From positions 1 through 24,696 of the forward strand of contig SKIS01000047.1 of assembly GCA_007116295.1 (NCBI GenBank): a DNA stretch of 24,696 bases, given 5' to 3'. Below the pieces are notes generated by a model. The model searched no databases. It had not been told where the DNA came from and worked only from the letters and a program-made list of their open reading frames with translations. Both the position numbers and the translations under genes were made by a program. Positions 1 through 7,243 of this stretch are shown here, piece after piece. The stretch comes from Candidatus Woesearchaeota archaeon. GTDB lineage: Archaea > Nanobdellota > Nanobdellia > Woesearchaeales > 21-14-0-10-32-9. Position 1 is the stretch's first letter. Each line of letters opens with the position of its first letter.

Positions 1-297
1 ACCTTAGCAGAAAGGCAACAAAAACTTAACAAACACATGAGGACATTAGCCATGCTCGCTGATAAACACAATCTATGCGTATTTGTAACAAATCAAGTTA
101 TGGCCAAACCCGATCAATTTTTTGGAGACCCGACTCAAGCAATAGGAGGAAACATTGTGGGGCACAACAGCACGTTTAGAATTTATCTAAGAAGAGGTAA
201 AAAAAACACTCGTGTTGCTAAACTAGTAGATAGTCCGAATCTTCCAGATGGAGAATGCGTATTTAACATAACAGAAAGTCGCATAGAAGATGCTTAG
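1..297 (+). CDS. radA: DNA repair and recombination protein RadA, C-terminal part (gene starts upstream of window)
   Basis: Frame 1 is open from base 1: [16 protein letters not shown]...[16 protein letters not shown]...[16 protein letters not shown]...[15 protein letters not shown]. These are RadA/Rad51 C-terminal motifs. Confidence 0.96.
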   Translation, partial: TLAERQQKLNKHMRTLAMLADKHNLCVFVTNQVMAKPDQFFGDPTQAIGGNIVGHNSTFRIYLRRGKKNTRVAKLVDSPNLPDGECVFNITESRIEDA

Positions 298-304
298 AAA
301 AAAC

Positions 305-312
305 TTTTTAAA
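305..312 (+). promoter_or_regulatory. Putative TATA box for the TRAM gene
   Basis: TTTTTAAA preceded by AAAC, about 38 nt before the ATG at 350. Confidence 0.4.
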
Positions 313-349
313 CTAATAAAGAATTAAGCAAAACTAGTGATTAAAACAA

Positions 350-676
350 ATGTATGAAAAAAGAAATAGTCCTCCTATAAAAGAAGGAGATGAAGTCAAC
401 GTAAGAATTGAGTCAATAGGAGATAAAGGAGACGGAGTTGCAAGAGTATCAGGTTTCGTAATATTTGTTCCAGATGTTAAAGTCGGAGAAAATGTACGAG
501 TTAAGGTTAAAAAAGTTCTTAGCAGCGTCTCTTTCGGAGAAGTAATAGGCAGACACGAAGCTCCCGCAGCAAAAGATGCCAAAATGGACACTGCTAAAGA
601 AGCCAAGCCTGAAGAAGAACTAGTTATAGATGAATCAAAGATGACTGAAGACTTCGGAGAAGATTTAAAAGAATAA
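350..676 (+). CDS. Single TRAM-domain RNA-binding protein with acidic C-terminal tail
   Basis: PIKEGDEVNVRIESIGDKGDGVARVSGFVIFVPDVKVGENVRVKVKKV matches archaeal stand-alone TRAM (cold-shock-like) proteins. Confidence 0.9.
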   Translation: MYEKRNSPPIKEGDEVNVRIESIGDKGDGVARVSGFVIFVPDVKVGENVRVKVKKVLSSVSFGEVIGRHEAPAAKDAKMDTAKEAKPEEELVIDESKMTEDFGEDLKE

Positions 677-677
677 G

Positions 678-685
678 TTTATATA
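678..685 (+). promoter_or_regulatory. TATA box, probably giving a leaderless transcript
   Basis: TTTATATA 25 nt before the ATG at 711. Confidence 0.55.
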
Positions 686-710
686 TTTGAAAAGTAGACT
701 TTGTTTAAAT

Positions 711-2156
711 ATGTCAAAGAAATCTCATGCAGCACTAGAATTTTTAACCACATACGGATGGGCATTCATAGTTATTTTGACTATGATTGGAGCAGTAAGT
801 TACTTTGGGGGTTTAAATCCTTCTGGTTTTGTTCAAGGTAGCTGCGTCGTTGGTAGTCCTTTTGCTTGCGATTCTAACCAATTCGTAGTCGGGTCAAAAG
901 GTTTTGTAGTTCAAGTAGTTAACGGCCAACAGGCAACCATAGTAAGTAATTTACAATACTTTTATGACGAAGACTGGCATCAATGCGGCCAATTTAGGGC
1001 ATCTACTGTACAACCAAGTTCTGAACTGATACTTCCGTGTATATTCGCGCCAGGGCATGAAAGCTTTTCACGTTCAAACACAAACTTCAAATTTACATCT
1101 ACTTCACCGTCTGATTCGGATGGTACATTTAGCAGAACCATACAGGGAACTTTGAGATCTACAAGAATAGAACAAACACATCCTTCCTCAATAGAAATGT
1201 TAGGCTTTGTTAGTGCTTCTCCTGAACTAGCAGGAGCTACGGCGATTGCTTATCACGATGGTTACGCGTATGTGGCAAATTGGAATGGAGCCTCCTTTGC
1301 AATAGTAGACGTTTCTGATCCTAACAACGTAGAGATAGTTGGTTATGAACAAAATAGTAGCTTAATGGCAGGTATGCATTCTGTTAAAGTAGATGATTCT
1401 GGCATTCTCTACACAGCAGGTTCTAATTCTAGGAGAATAAGCTCGTACGACGTTTCTGATCCTTCAAATCCTGTACTTTTAGATAGTTTTTATAGAGTAG
1501 ACATAAGGCCTTTAGATATGCAAATAGTTGGGACGACTATGTACGTTACAGGCTACGTTAACCACTTCATATTAATATTAGACATATCTGATCCTTCAAA
1601 CATACAAGAACTAGGATACTTATCAGACTCTGCAAGTATGAACGGAGCTACAGATATAAGAGTTGTAGGAGATCATGCGCTAATTGCAGCAAGAGGAGTT
1701 AGCAATCCTTCAACGTCTTCAGGAAGGCTGGCAGTACTTGACGTTTCTGATCCTTCAGACATAATAGTAGAAGACGTGTATCTTAACCACAGCATATTTA
1801 ACTGGACCTGGAGCTTGGACGTCGCAGGCGACTATGCATACGTTGTCGCAGCAAGATCTGGCTCTTTAGTGACATTTGACATATCTGATCTTCCAAACAT
1901 AGAAATGGTCCATGTAGATCAAGGAAATTTAGTGCATCCAAGACACGTAATGGTGGGAGGAAACAAATTATATGTTGCAGATTTAAACGACGCTTCCATA
2001 AAAATATATGATGTCTCAAATCCTGCTCAGCCAAGTTATCAAGGAGACTACCACAGACCTGGCTTCATAAACTCTGCTAGGTACATAGATATAAATTACC
2101 CTTATCTTTATTTAGCTTCTATGAGTAACACTGTATCTGTGTTTGACATATCTTAA
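711..2156 (+). CDS. Class III (type IV pilin-like) signal peptide protein with C-terminal LVIVD-repeat beta-propeller
   Basis: ATG at 711 is preferred over TTG at 687 because of TATA spacing. The N-terminus MSKKSHAALEFLTTYGWAFIVILTMIGAVSYFGGLNP has a basic tip, Glu at +5 and a hydrophobic helix. It is followed by seven D(V/I)S(D/N)P-type repeats. Confidence 0.8.
   Translation: MSKKSHAALEFLTTYGWAFIVILTMIGAVSYFGGLNPSGFVQGSCVVGSPFACDSNQFVVGSKGFVVQVVNGQQATIVSNLQYFYDEDWHQCGQFRASTVQPSSELILPCIFAPGHESFSRSNTNFKFTSTSPSDSDGTFSRTIQGTLRSTRIEQTHPSSIEMLGFVSASPELAGATAIAYHDGYAYVANWNGASFAIVDVSDPNNVEIVGYEQNSSLMAGMHSVKVDDSGILYTAGSNSRRISSYDVSDPSNPVLLDSFYRVDIRPLDMQIVGTTMYVTGYVNHFILILDISDPSNIQELGYLSDSASMNGATDIRVVGDHALIAARGVSNPSTSSGRLAVLDVSDPSDIIVEDVYLNHSIFNWTWSLDVAGDYAYVVAARSGSLVTFDISDLPNIEMVHVDQGNLVHPRHVMVGGNKLYVADLNDASIKIYDVSNPAQPSYQGDYHRPGFINSARYIDINYPYLYLASMSNTVSVFDIS
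1308..2153 (+). repeat. Seven coding LVIVD repeat units
   Basis: GACGTTTCTGATCCT is exact at 1308, 1449 and 1740, and GACATATCTGATC occurs at 1581 and 1878. The peptide units are DVSDPNN, DVSDPSN, DISDPSN, DVSDPSD, DISDLPN, DVSNPAQ and DIS-stop. Confidence 0.85.
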
Positions 2157-2171
2157 ACTTCTTCAACAAAA

Positions 2172-2179
2172 TTTATAAA
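2172..2179 (+). promoter_or_regulatory. TATA box of the rps2 transcript
   Basis: TTTATAAA, identical to the boxes at 9347, 23350 and 23960. It predicts a transcription start near 2200. Confidence 0.65.
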
Positions 2180-2200
2180 ACAAACCAGCATTCTAAATAG

Positions 2201-2295
2201 CATAACCGACCTTACAACGTGTTTTGTTGTGAGATTGCCACGTGAGGTAATAAACATTCGTGGTCTAATTTCTAAAAGGTCGTTTGTTATGGAGG
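2201..2295 (+). promoter_or_regulatory. Structured 5' leader of rps2 (candidate cis-regulatory RNA) ending in a GGAGG Shine-Dalgarno
   Basis: Hand-derived three-way junction: 2201-2206/2286-2291 plus 2207-2213/2276-2282, 2214-2218/2226-2230, and 2231-2242/2259-2272. SD at 2291-2295. Confidence 0.55.
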
Positions 2296-2302
2296 AAAAC
2301 AA

Positions 2303-2899
2303 ATGAGCGAAGAAAATTTATTAGTGTCAAACGACGAATACCTAAAAAGCGGTGTGCATATAGGAACCAAGTTCAAAACAGCACATATGAAGAGTTTTAT
2401 TTACAAAACAAGACCTGACGGTTTAAGCGTATTGAATGTTCAAGCAATCGATGAAAGAATCAGAGTTGCTGCAAACATGCTTTCAAACTATAAACCTCAA
2501 GACATCCTAATAGTATGTAGAAGAGAAAACGGTTGGAAATCTGTTAAAAAATTTGCAGAAGTCACAGGCACAAAGTTTTTTGCAGGAAGATACCCTCCGG
2601 GAATTTTAACCAATCCTGCTCTAAAAGACTTCATGGAAGTAAAAATAATACTAGTTGTTGACGTTTGGCCAGACAGAAACGCTGTTCAAGACGCACTAAA
2701 AATAGGAATACCAATTATAGGGATTTGCGACACAAACAACCAATCAAACAACTTAGACTTAGTTATTCCTGGAAATAATAAAGGAAAGAAAAGCTTAGGA
2801 TTAATATTTTACTTATTAGCCAAACTTTACCTTGTTAATAGAGGAATTGTTAAAGAAAAAGAATTTGCTCATTCATTAGAAGACTTTTCTGATGAATAA
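2303..2899 (+). CDS. rps2: 30S ribosomal protein uS2
   Basis: YLKSGVHIGTKFKT...FIYKTRPDGLSVLNV...GRYPPGILTNP...DRNAVQDALKIGIPIIGICDTNN...IPGNNKGKKSL are archaeal uS2 motifs. Confidence 0.97.
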   Translation: MSEENLLVSNDEYLKSGVHIGTKFKTAHMKSFIYKTRPDGLSVLNVQAIDERIRVAANMLSNYKPQDILIVCRRENGWKSVKKFAEVTGTKFFAGRYPPGILTNPALKDFMEVKIILVVDVWPDRNAVQDALKIGIPIIGICDTNNQSNNLDLVIPGNNKGKKSLGLIFYLLAKLYLVNRGIVKEKEFAHSLEDFSDE

Positions 2900-3573
2900 T
2901 CTTTTTTTATTTCTTCTAATCCATGATCTTTAATTTGGAAAAACACATTCTTTCCTCCGGGTAAAGATCTGTGTTTTCTTAAAGTAGCTTTGTAGCTCCC
3001 ATTATTTTTTTGGAGCTCAATTAAGCACTTACTACCATATCTCAAAATATCTCCTCCGACCATATTAATTTTGTCTTTATCTTCGAAGTCTTGATAAACC
3101 TGGTTAGTGATTAATACAGGGATTTTGTTTTTTCGTGCTATTTGAATAAGACTTGCTAATTGTACGCCTAGTTCTCTATTGACTTTGTACACGTCTTTAG
3201 ATTTACCGAGCTCCAACCTATAAAGCATAGCTATGCTGTCTACTATCACTAAACCAATTTTTTCATTAATTAATTTTTTTAGCTTCTCAAACACTTTACT
3301 TTGCTCATTGAAATCAGTTGGTTTAAGAACAATAATATTATCTAAAACTTTCTTGTAATCATCAGTTAATTGCTTTAATCTATTAACAGACAAACTTCCT
3401 TCTGTATCTATATAAATTATTTTTTTGTCGTAATGCTTAGCTAAACAAATCATACATAAATTTGATTTTCCAGAGCCTGCAGGGCCATAAATAGTTGTAA
3501 CTACATCGTTTTCATAGCCTCCTTCTAAAAGCCAATCTAAAATGTCTGATCCAGTGGTTATTTTATTTTTCAT
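2869..3573 (-). CDS. radB: DNA repair and recombination protein RadB
   Basis: TGSDILDWLLEGG, Walker A GPAGSGKS, YIDTEG, VIVDSI, ITNQVY and the RadB-specific basic patch RKHRS. No N-terminal HhH domain; 234 aa. Confidence 0.93.
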   Translation of the reverse strand: MKNKITTGSDILDWLLEGGYENDVVTTIYGPAGSGKSNLCMICLAKHYDKKIIYIDTEGSLSVNRLKQLTDDYKKVLDNIIVLKPTDFNEQSKVFEKLKKLINEKIGLVIVDSIAMLYRLELGKSKDVYKVNRELGVQLASLIQIARKNKIPVLITNQVYQDFEDKDKINMVGGDILRYGSKCLIELQKNNGSYKATLRKHRSLPGGKNVFFQIKDHGLEEIKKDYSSEKSSNE

Positions 3574-3953
3574 TTTTGAGAAGGCACACTCTCAAAAAGA
3601 GAATTTATGCCTTTGCCTAATTTTTTTGTATCTGCAGCGTAAGAGTGATATTTGGCGTTTATAGCCCAATGCATACTTTCTTTGGTGTTTACAAAAAACA
3701 CAGTTGTTGAATTAGTAACGTAAACCTTCCAATCTTTAAGAAGACTAGCCACGTTTTTTTGGGTGTTATAAGTTACAATAGTGCTTCCTTGTTTATCAGA
3801 TGGGGAAAGTTCTTCTTTTATTTCATAAACTCTTTTTGAGTCGTTTTTAACCAAAACTATTTCTTTTCCCAAATCTTCTAATCCAACAACTCCTTTTTGC
3901 ATCATGCTTTTATATTTCACAAAAGCCCAAGTCCATTCTTTTAAGTCGCTCAT
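3570..3953 (-). CDS. Hypothetical soluble protein (127 aa)
   Basis: ORF joined by 4-nt ATGA overlaps to both neighbours. No recognisable family. Confidence 0.75.
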   Translation of the reverse strand: MSDLKEWTWAFVKYKSMMQKGVVGLEDLGKEIVLVKNDSKRVYEIKEELSPSDKQGSTIVTYNTQKNVASLLKDWKVYVTNSTTVFFVNTKESMHWAINAKYHSYAADTKKLGKGINSLFESVPSQK

Positions 3954-4309
3954 TTTTTCTTAATTGTGTAAACATAAGGTATTAAAAAAGCTATCCCAAA
4001 AAAACTCGCCAGAGTGATTGGATTAGGCAGATTTTGAGCGTTCAAATAAACATAAACTCCGAAAAAGTTTATCAAAGCACCTATTATAACAATCGAAAGT
4101 AAAGATATGTGGTGATGATCGCTTAAATCATCTAATTCTCTAAGTGATAAAGCAATAAAACCTCCTAAGACTAAGCCAACAAGAAGTATTATAGAATAAG
4201 AAACAAATACGTTGTTAAGAAACATTATAGGTGAGACGTAATAACTAAAAAATCCCATAAATACCATCAGTGCCGCGGTTACCAAATAAAAAGCTGCTTT
4301 TTTTAACAT
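3950..4309 (-). CDS. Small integral membrane protein (about 4 TM helices)
   Basis: Four hydrophobic segments with an acidic loop (RELDDLSDHHH). It is the first gene of the minus-strand operon. Confidence 0.75.
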   Translation of the reverse strand: MLKKAAFYLVTAALMVFMGFFSYYVSPIMFLNNVFVSYSIILLVGLVLGGFIALSLRELDDLSDHHHISLLSIVIIGALINFFGVYVYLNAQNLPNPITLASFFGIAFLIPYVYTIKKK

Positions 4310-4325
4310 AAAATCACAGAGGCGT

Positions 4326-4373
4326 TTTTATATTTAAACTTTGTCTAATCTAAAGCAGGTAAACCTTTAAGAA
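4326..4373. promoter_or_regulatory. Divergent promoter region
   Basis: Minus-strand TTTAAATA (4338-4331) lies 21 nt before the ATG at 4309. Plus-strand AAACC-TTTAAGAA (4366-4373) lies 22 nt before the uvrA ATG. Confidence 0.5.
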
Positions 4374-4395
4374 TAATCAAAGATTTCTCTTTTTA

Positions 4396-7239
4396 ATGCT
4401 TAAAGATGTAAGAGTAAAAGGAGCAAGAGAACATAATCTAAAAAACATAGATGTAAAAATTCCTAGGAATAAATTGACTGTCATAACAGGACTTAGCGGT
4501 AGTGGAAAAAGCTCTTTGGCATTTGATACAATTTATGCAGAAGGCCAAAGAAGATATGTGGAAAGTCTCAGTGCTTATGCAAGACAGTTTTTAGGTTTAA
4601 TGAACAAACCAGATATAGATTCTATAGAGGGACTCAGCCCCGCGATTAGTATAGAGCAAAAAACAACTAGTAAAAACCCTAGAAGCACTGTCGGTACAGT
4701 AACAGAAATTTATGATTACCTAAGACTATTATTTGCAAGGATAGGTGTGGCTCATTGTCCTAAGTGTGACGAAAAGATTAAACCTCAAACAGCAGAAAAT
4801 ATAGTTACGCAGCTCTTAAGCGAAGAAAAAGAAATAATCATCTTAGCCCCTTTAGTTAGAGGTCTCAAAGGGACGTATGAAAAACTTTTGGATGACGTAA
4901 AAAAAGAAGGATATGCAAGAATAAGGATTGATGGAAAGATTAAGAGAGTTGATGAGCTAGAAAGTCTCAATCTCCAAAGATACGAAAAACATTGGATAGA
5001 AGTAGTAATAGATAAAGTAAACACGACCATAGAAAATAAATCAAGACTTACAGAAGCAGTAGAACATGCTCTAACTAAAGGAGAAGGAACTCTAATAATA
5101 ATAGATACAAACACTCCTGAGTCTTTCAAAGAAATTGAAAGAAGCAAATACGAAACAGTTTATAGCTCGTTTGGTGCATGTCCTAATCATCCAGAAATAG
5201 TTTTTGAATCCTTAGAACCTCGAATGTTTAGCTTCAACAGTCCCTTTGGGGCATGTCATAAATGTCACGGAATCGGCGAAACACTAGAGCCAGATCCTGA
5301 TTTGCTTGTTCCGGATAAATCTAAATCAGTTATTAACGGAGCGATAAAAAGCTATAAGCGCTTTGATTTGAAATTTAGAGCCAGACAAATAGAAGTCGTG
5401 GGTAAAGAATATGGATTTGATATATTCACTCCGATAGAGGAATTCACACAAGAGCAACTAGACGTGCTTTTTTACGGTAACGATACTCCTCTAAAAGGAA
5501 GATGGAATAGAAAAGCCAAAATGCACATGGACGAAGGATTCGAAGGAATAGTTGCACAGACTATGAGGCTCTACAAAGAAACAGATAGCTCTTCAAGAAA
5601 ATCATTTTATGAATCATTTATGCAATCAAAGCCCTGCAGCGAGTGCCAAGGCAAAAGACTCAGAGAAAAAATTCTTAGTGTAAAGATAAATGAAAACTCC
5701 ATAATAGACGTAACAGATATGAGCATAGAAAAAGCCAAAAAGTTCTTCGAAAGCCTTCCAGAAAATCTTTCTGAGAAAGAAAAATTTGTAGCTAAACAAG
5801 TACTAAAAGAAATTAATGACAGGCTACTATTTTTGTATAACGTAGGATTAGATTACTTAACTTTGTCAAGGACAGCGAGAACACTTTCAGGAGGAGAAGC
5901 GCAAAGAATTAGGCTGGCAACTCAAATAGGCGCTAATTTAATGGGTGTATTATACATACTGGATGAGCCAAGTATAGGTCTTCACCAAAGAGATAACGAG
6001 AAACTAATTAGCACTTTGCACAGGCTAAGAGATTTAGGTAATACCTTAATAGTTGTTGAACACGATGAAGAAACTATGCTTCAAGCAGATCATTTAATAG
6101 ATATGGGTCCTGGAGCAGGAGAGCACGGAGGAAACATAGTAACAAGCGGAACGCCTAAAGAGGTCGCAGAAAACCAAAACTCTATCACAGGGAAATATCT
6201 AAGTGGAAAACTCAAAATAAATTCTCCTAAAAAATACAGATCTCCAAAAGGAGAAATAGTGTTAAAAGGAGCTCAAGAAAACAACTTAAAAAACATAGAT
6301 GTAAGTTTCCCAACAAATGTTCTTTGCTCTATAACAGGGGTTAGTGGCAGTGGAAAAAGCACTTTGTTAACAACAACGCTCATACCCTCTCTTCAAAAAG
6401 AATTTGGTGGAAAAAATATGAGGATGGGAAAACATGAAAGTCTTCAAATAAAAGGAGATGTTAAAGGAGTAATAGTTATAGATCAGGAACCAATAGGAAA
6501 AACGCCTAGAAGTAACCCTGCTACCTATACAAAGCTCTTTGACCATATAAGAACCTTGTTTTCTCAAACAAAACAAGCTAAAGAAAAAGGGTATAAGCCA
6601 GGCAGATTCAGTTTTAATGTTAAAGGAGGAAGGTGTGAAACCTGTCAAGGAGATGGCCAAATAAAAATAGATATGAACTTTTTACCAGATGTCTTCGTTA
6701 AATGTGACGATTGCGGGGGAAAAAGATATAATTCAGAAACCCTGAAAATAACTTACAAAGGAAAAAATATAGCTGACGTTTTAGATATGAGTGTTGAGCA
6801 AGCACTAAGTTTCTTTGAAAATCACATCGCTATGAAACGAAAGCTTCAAACATTATTTGATGTGGGTCTTGGCTATATAAAACTAGGACAAAGCTCTACA
6901 ACTCTTTCAGGAGGAGAAAGCCAAAGAATAAAGTTAACAAGAGAACTTGCCAAGGTTAAGAAAGGAAACACAGTTTATTTATTAGATGAACCAACTACTG
7001 GTCTCCATTTTGAAGATATAAGAAAACTGATAGGCGTGTTAAACAAGCTAGTTCAAAAAGGAAACACCATATATGTAATAGAGCATAATTTAGACATAAT
7101 AAAAAGCTCAGATTACGTGATAGATCTAGGCCCTGAAGGTGGAGAAAAAGGAGGAAGAGTGATAGCCAGAGGCACACCTAAAGAAGTCGCGGAAAACAAA
7201 GACTCTATTACTGGAAAATTCCTAAAGAAGCTGATTTAA
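4396..7239 (+). CDS. uvrA: Excinuclease ABC subunit A
   Basis: GAREHNLKN, two Walker A motifs (GLSGSGKSS, GVSGSGKST), two LSGGE signatures, LDEP Walker B motifs, CxxC Zn modules and a UvrB-binding insertion; 947 aa. Confidence 0.98.
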   Translation: MLKDVRVKGAREHNLKNIDVKIPRNKLTVITGLSGSGKSSLAFDTIYAEGQRRYVESLSAYARQFLGLMNKPDIDSIEGLSPAISIEQKTTSKNPRSTVGTVTEIYDYLRLLFARIGVAHCPKCDEKIKPQTAENIVTQLLSEEKEIIILAPLVRGLKGTYEKLLDDVKKEGYARIRIDGKIKRVDELESLNLQRYEKHWIEVVIDKVNTTIENKSRLTEAVEHALTKGEGTLIIIDTNTPESFKEIERSKYETVYSSFGACPNHPEIVFESLEPRMFSFNSPFGACHKCHGIGETLEPDPDLLVPDKSKSVINGAIKSYKRFDLKFRARQIEVVGKEYGFDIFTPIEEFTQEQLDVLFYGNDTPLKGRWNRKAKMHMDEGFEGIVAQTMRLYKETDSSSRKSFYESFMQSKPCSECQGKRLREKILSVKINENSIIDVTDMSIEKAKKFFESLPENLSEKEKFVAKQVLKEINDRLLFLYNVGLDYLTLSRTARTLSGGEAQRIRLATQIGANLMGVLYILDEPSIGLHQRDNEKLISTLHRLRDLGNTLIVVEHDEETMLQADHLIDMGPGAGEHGGNIVTSGTPKEVAENQNSITGKYLSGKLKINSPKKYRSPKGEIVLKGAQENNLKNIDVSFPTNVLCSITGVSGSGKSTLLTTTLIPSLQKEFGGKNMRMGKHESLQIKGDVKGVIVIDQEPIGKTPRSNPATYTKLFDHIRTLFSQTKQAKEKGYKPGRFSFNVKGGRCETCQGDGQIKIDMNFLPDVFVKCDDCGGKRYNSETLKITYKGKNIADVLDMSVEQALSFFENHIAMKRKLQTLFDVGLGYIKLGQSSTTLSGGESQRIKLTRELAKVKKGNTVYLLDEPTTGLHFEDIRKLIGVLNKLVQKGNTIYVIEHNLDIIKSSDYVIDLGPEGGEKGGRVIARGTPKEVAENKDSITGKFLKKLI

Positions 7240-7243
7240 CAAA

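Noticed and set aside
334-606. Antisense ORF over the TRAM gene, and the other antisense ORFs over uvrA, uvrC and r-protein genes
   Set aside because: They are fully nested opposite well-supported genes, with no motifs and no promoter or RBS.
687-710. TTG start for the pilin-like gene
   Set aside because: It lies next to the TATA box, and the ATG at 711 gives a canonical class III signal peptide.
1308-1900. Recurring 13-18 nt repeats spaced ~130-160 nt apart, resembling a CRISPR or dispersed repeat
   Set aside because: They are too short, in frame, and encode the DVSDP core of the LVIVD repeats. No cas genes are present.
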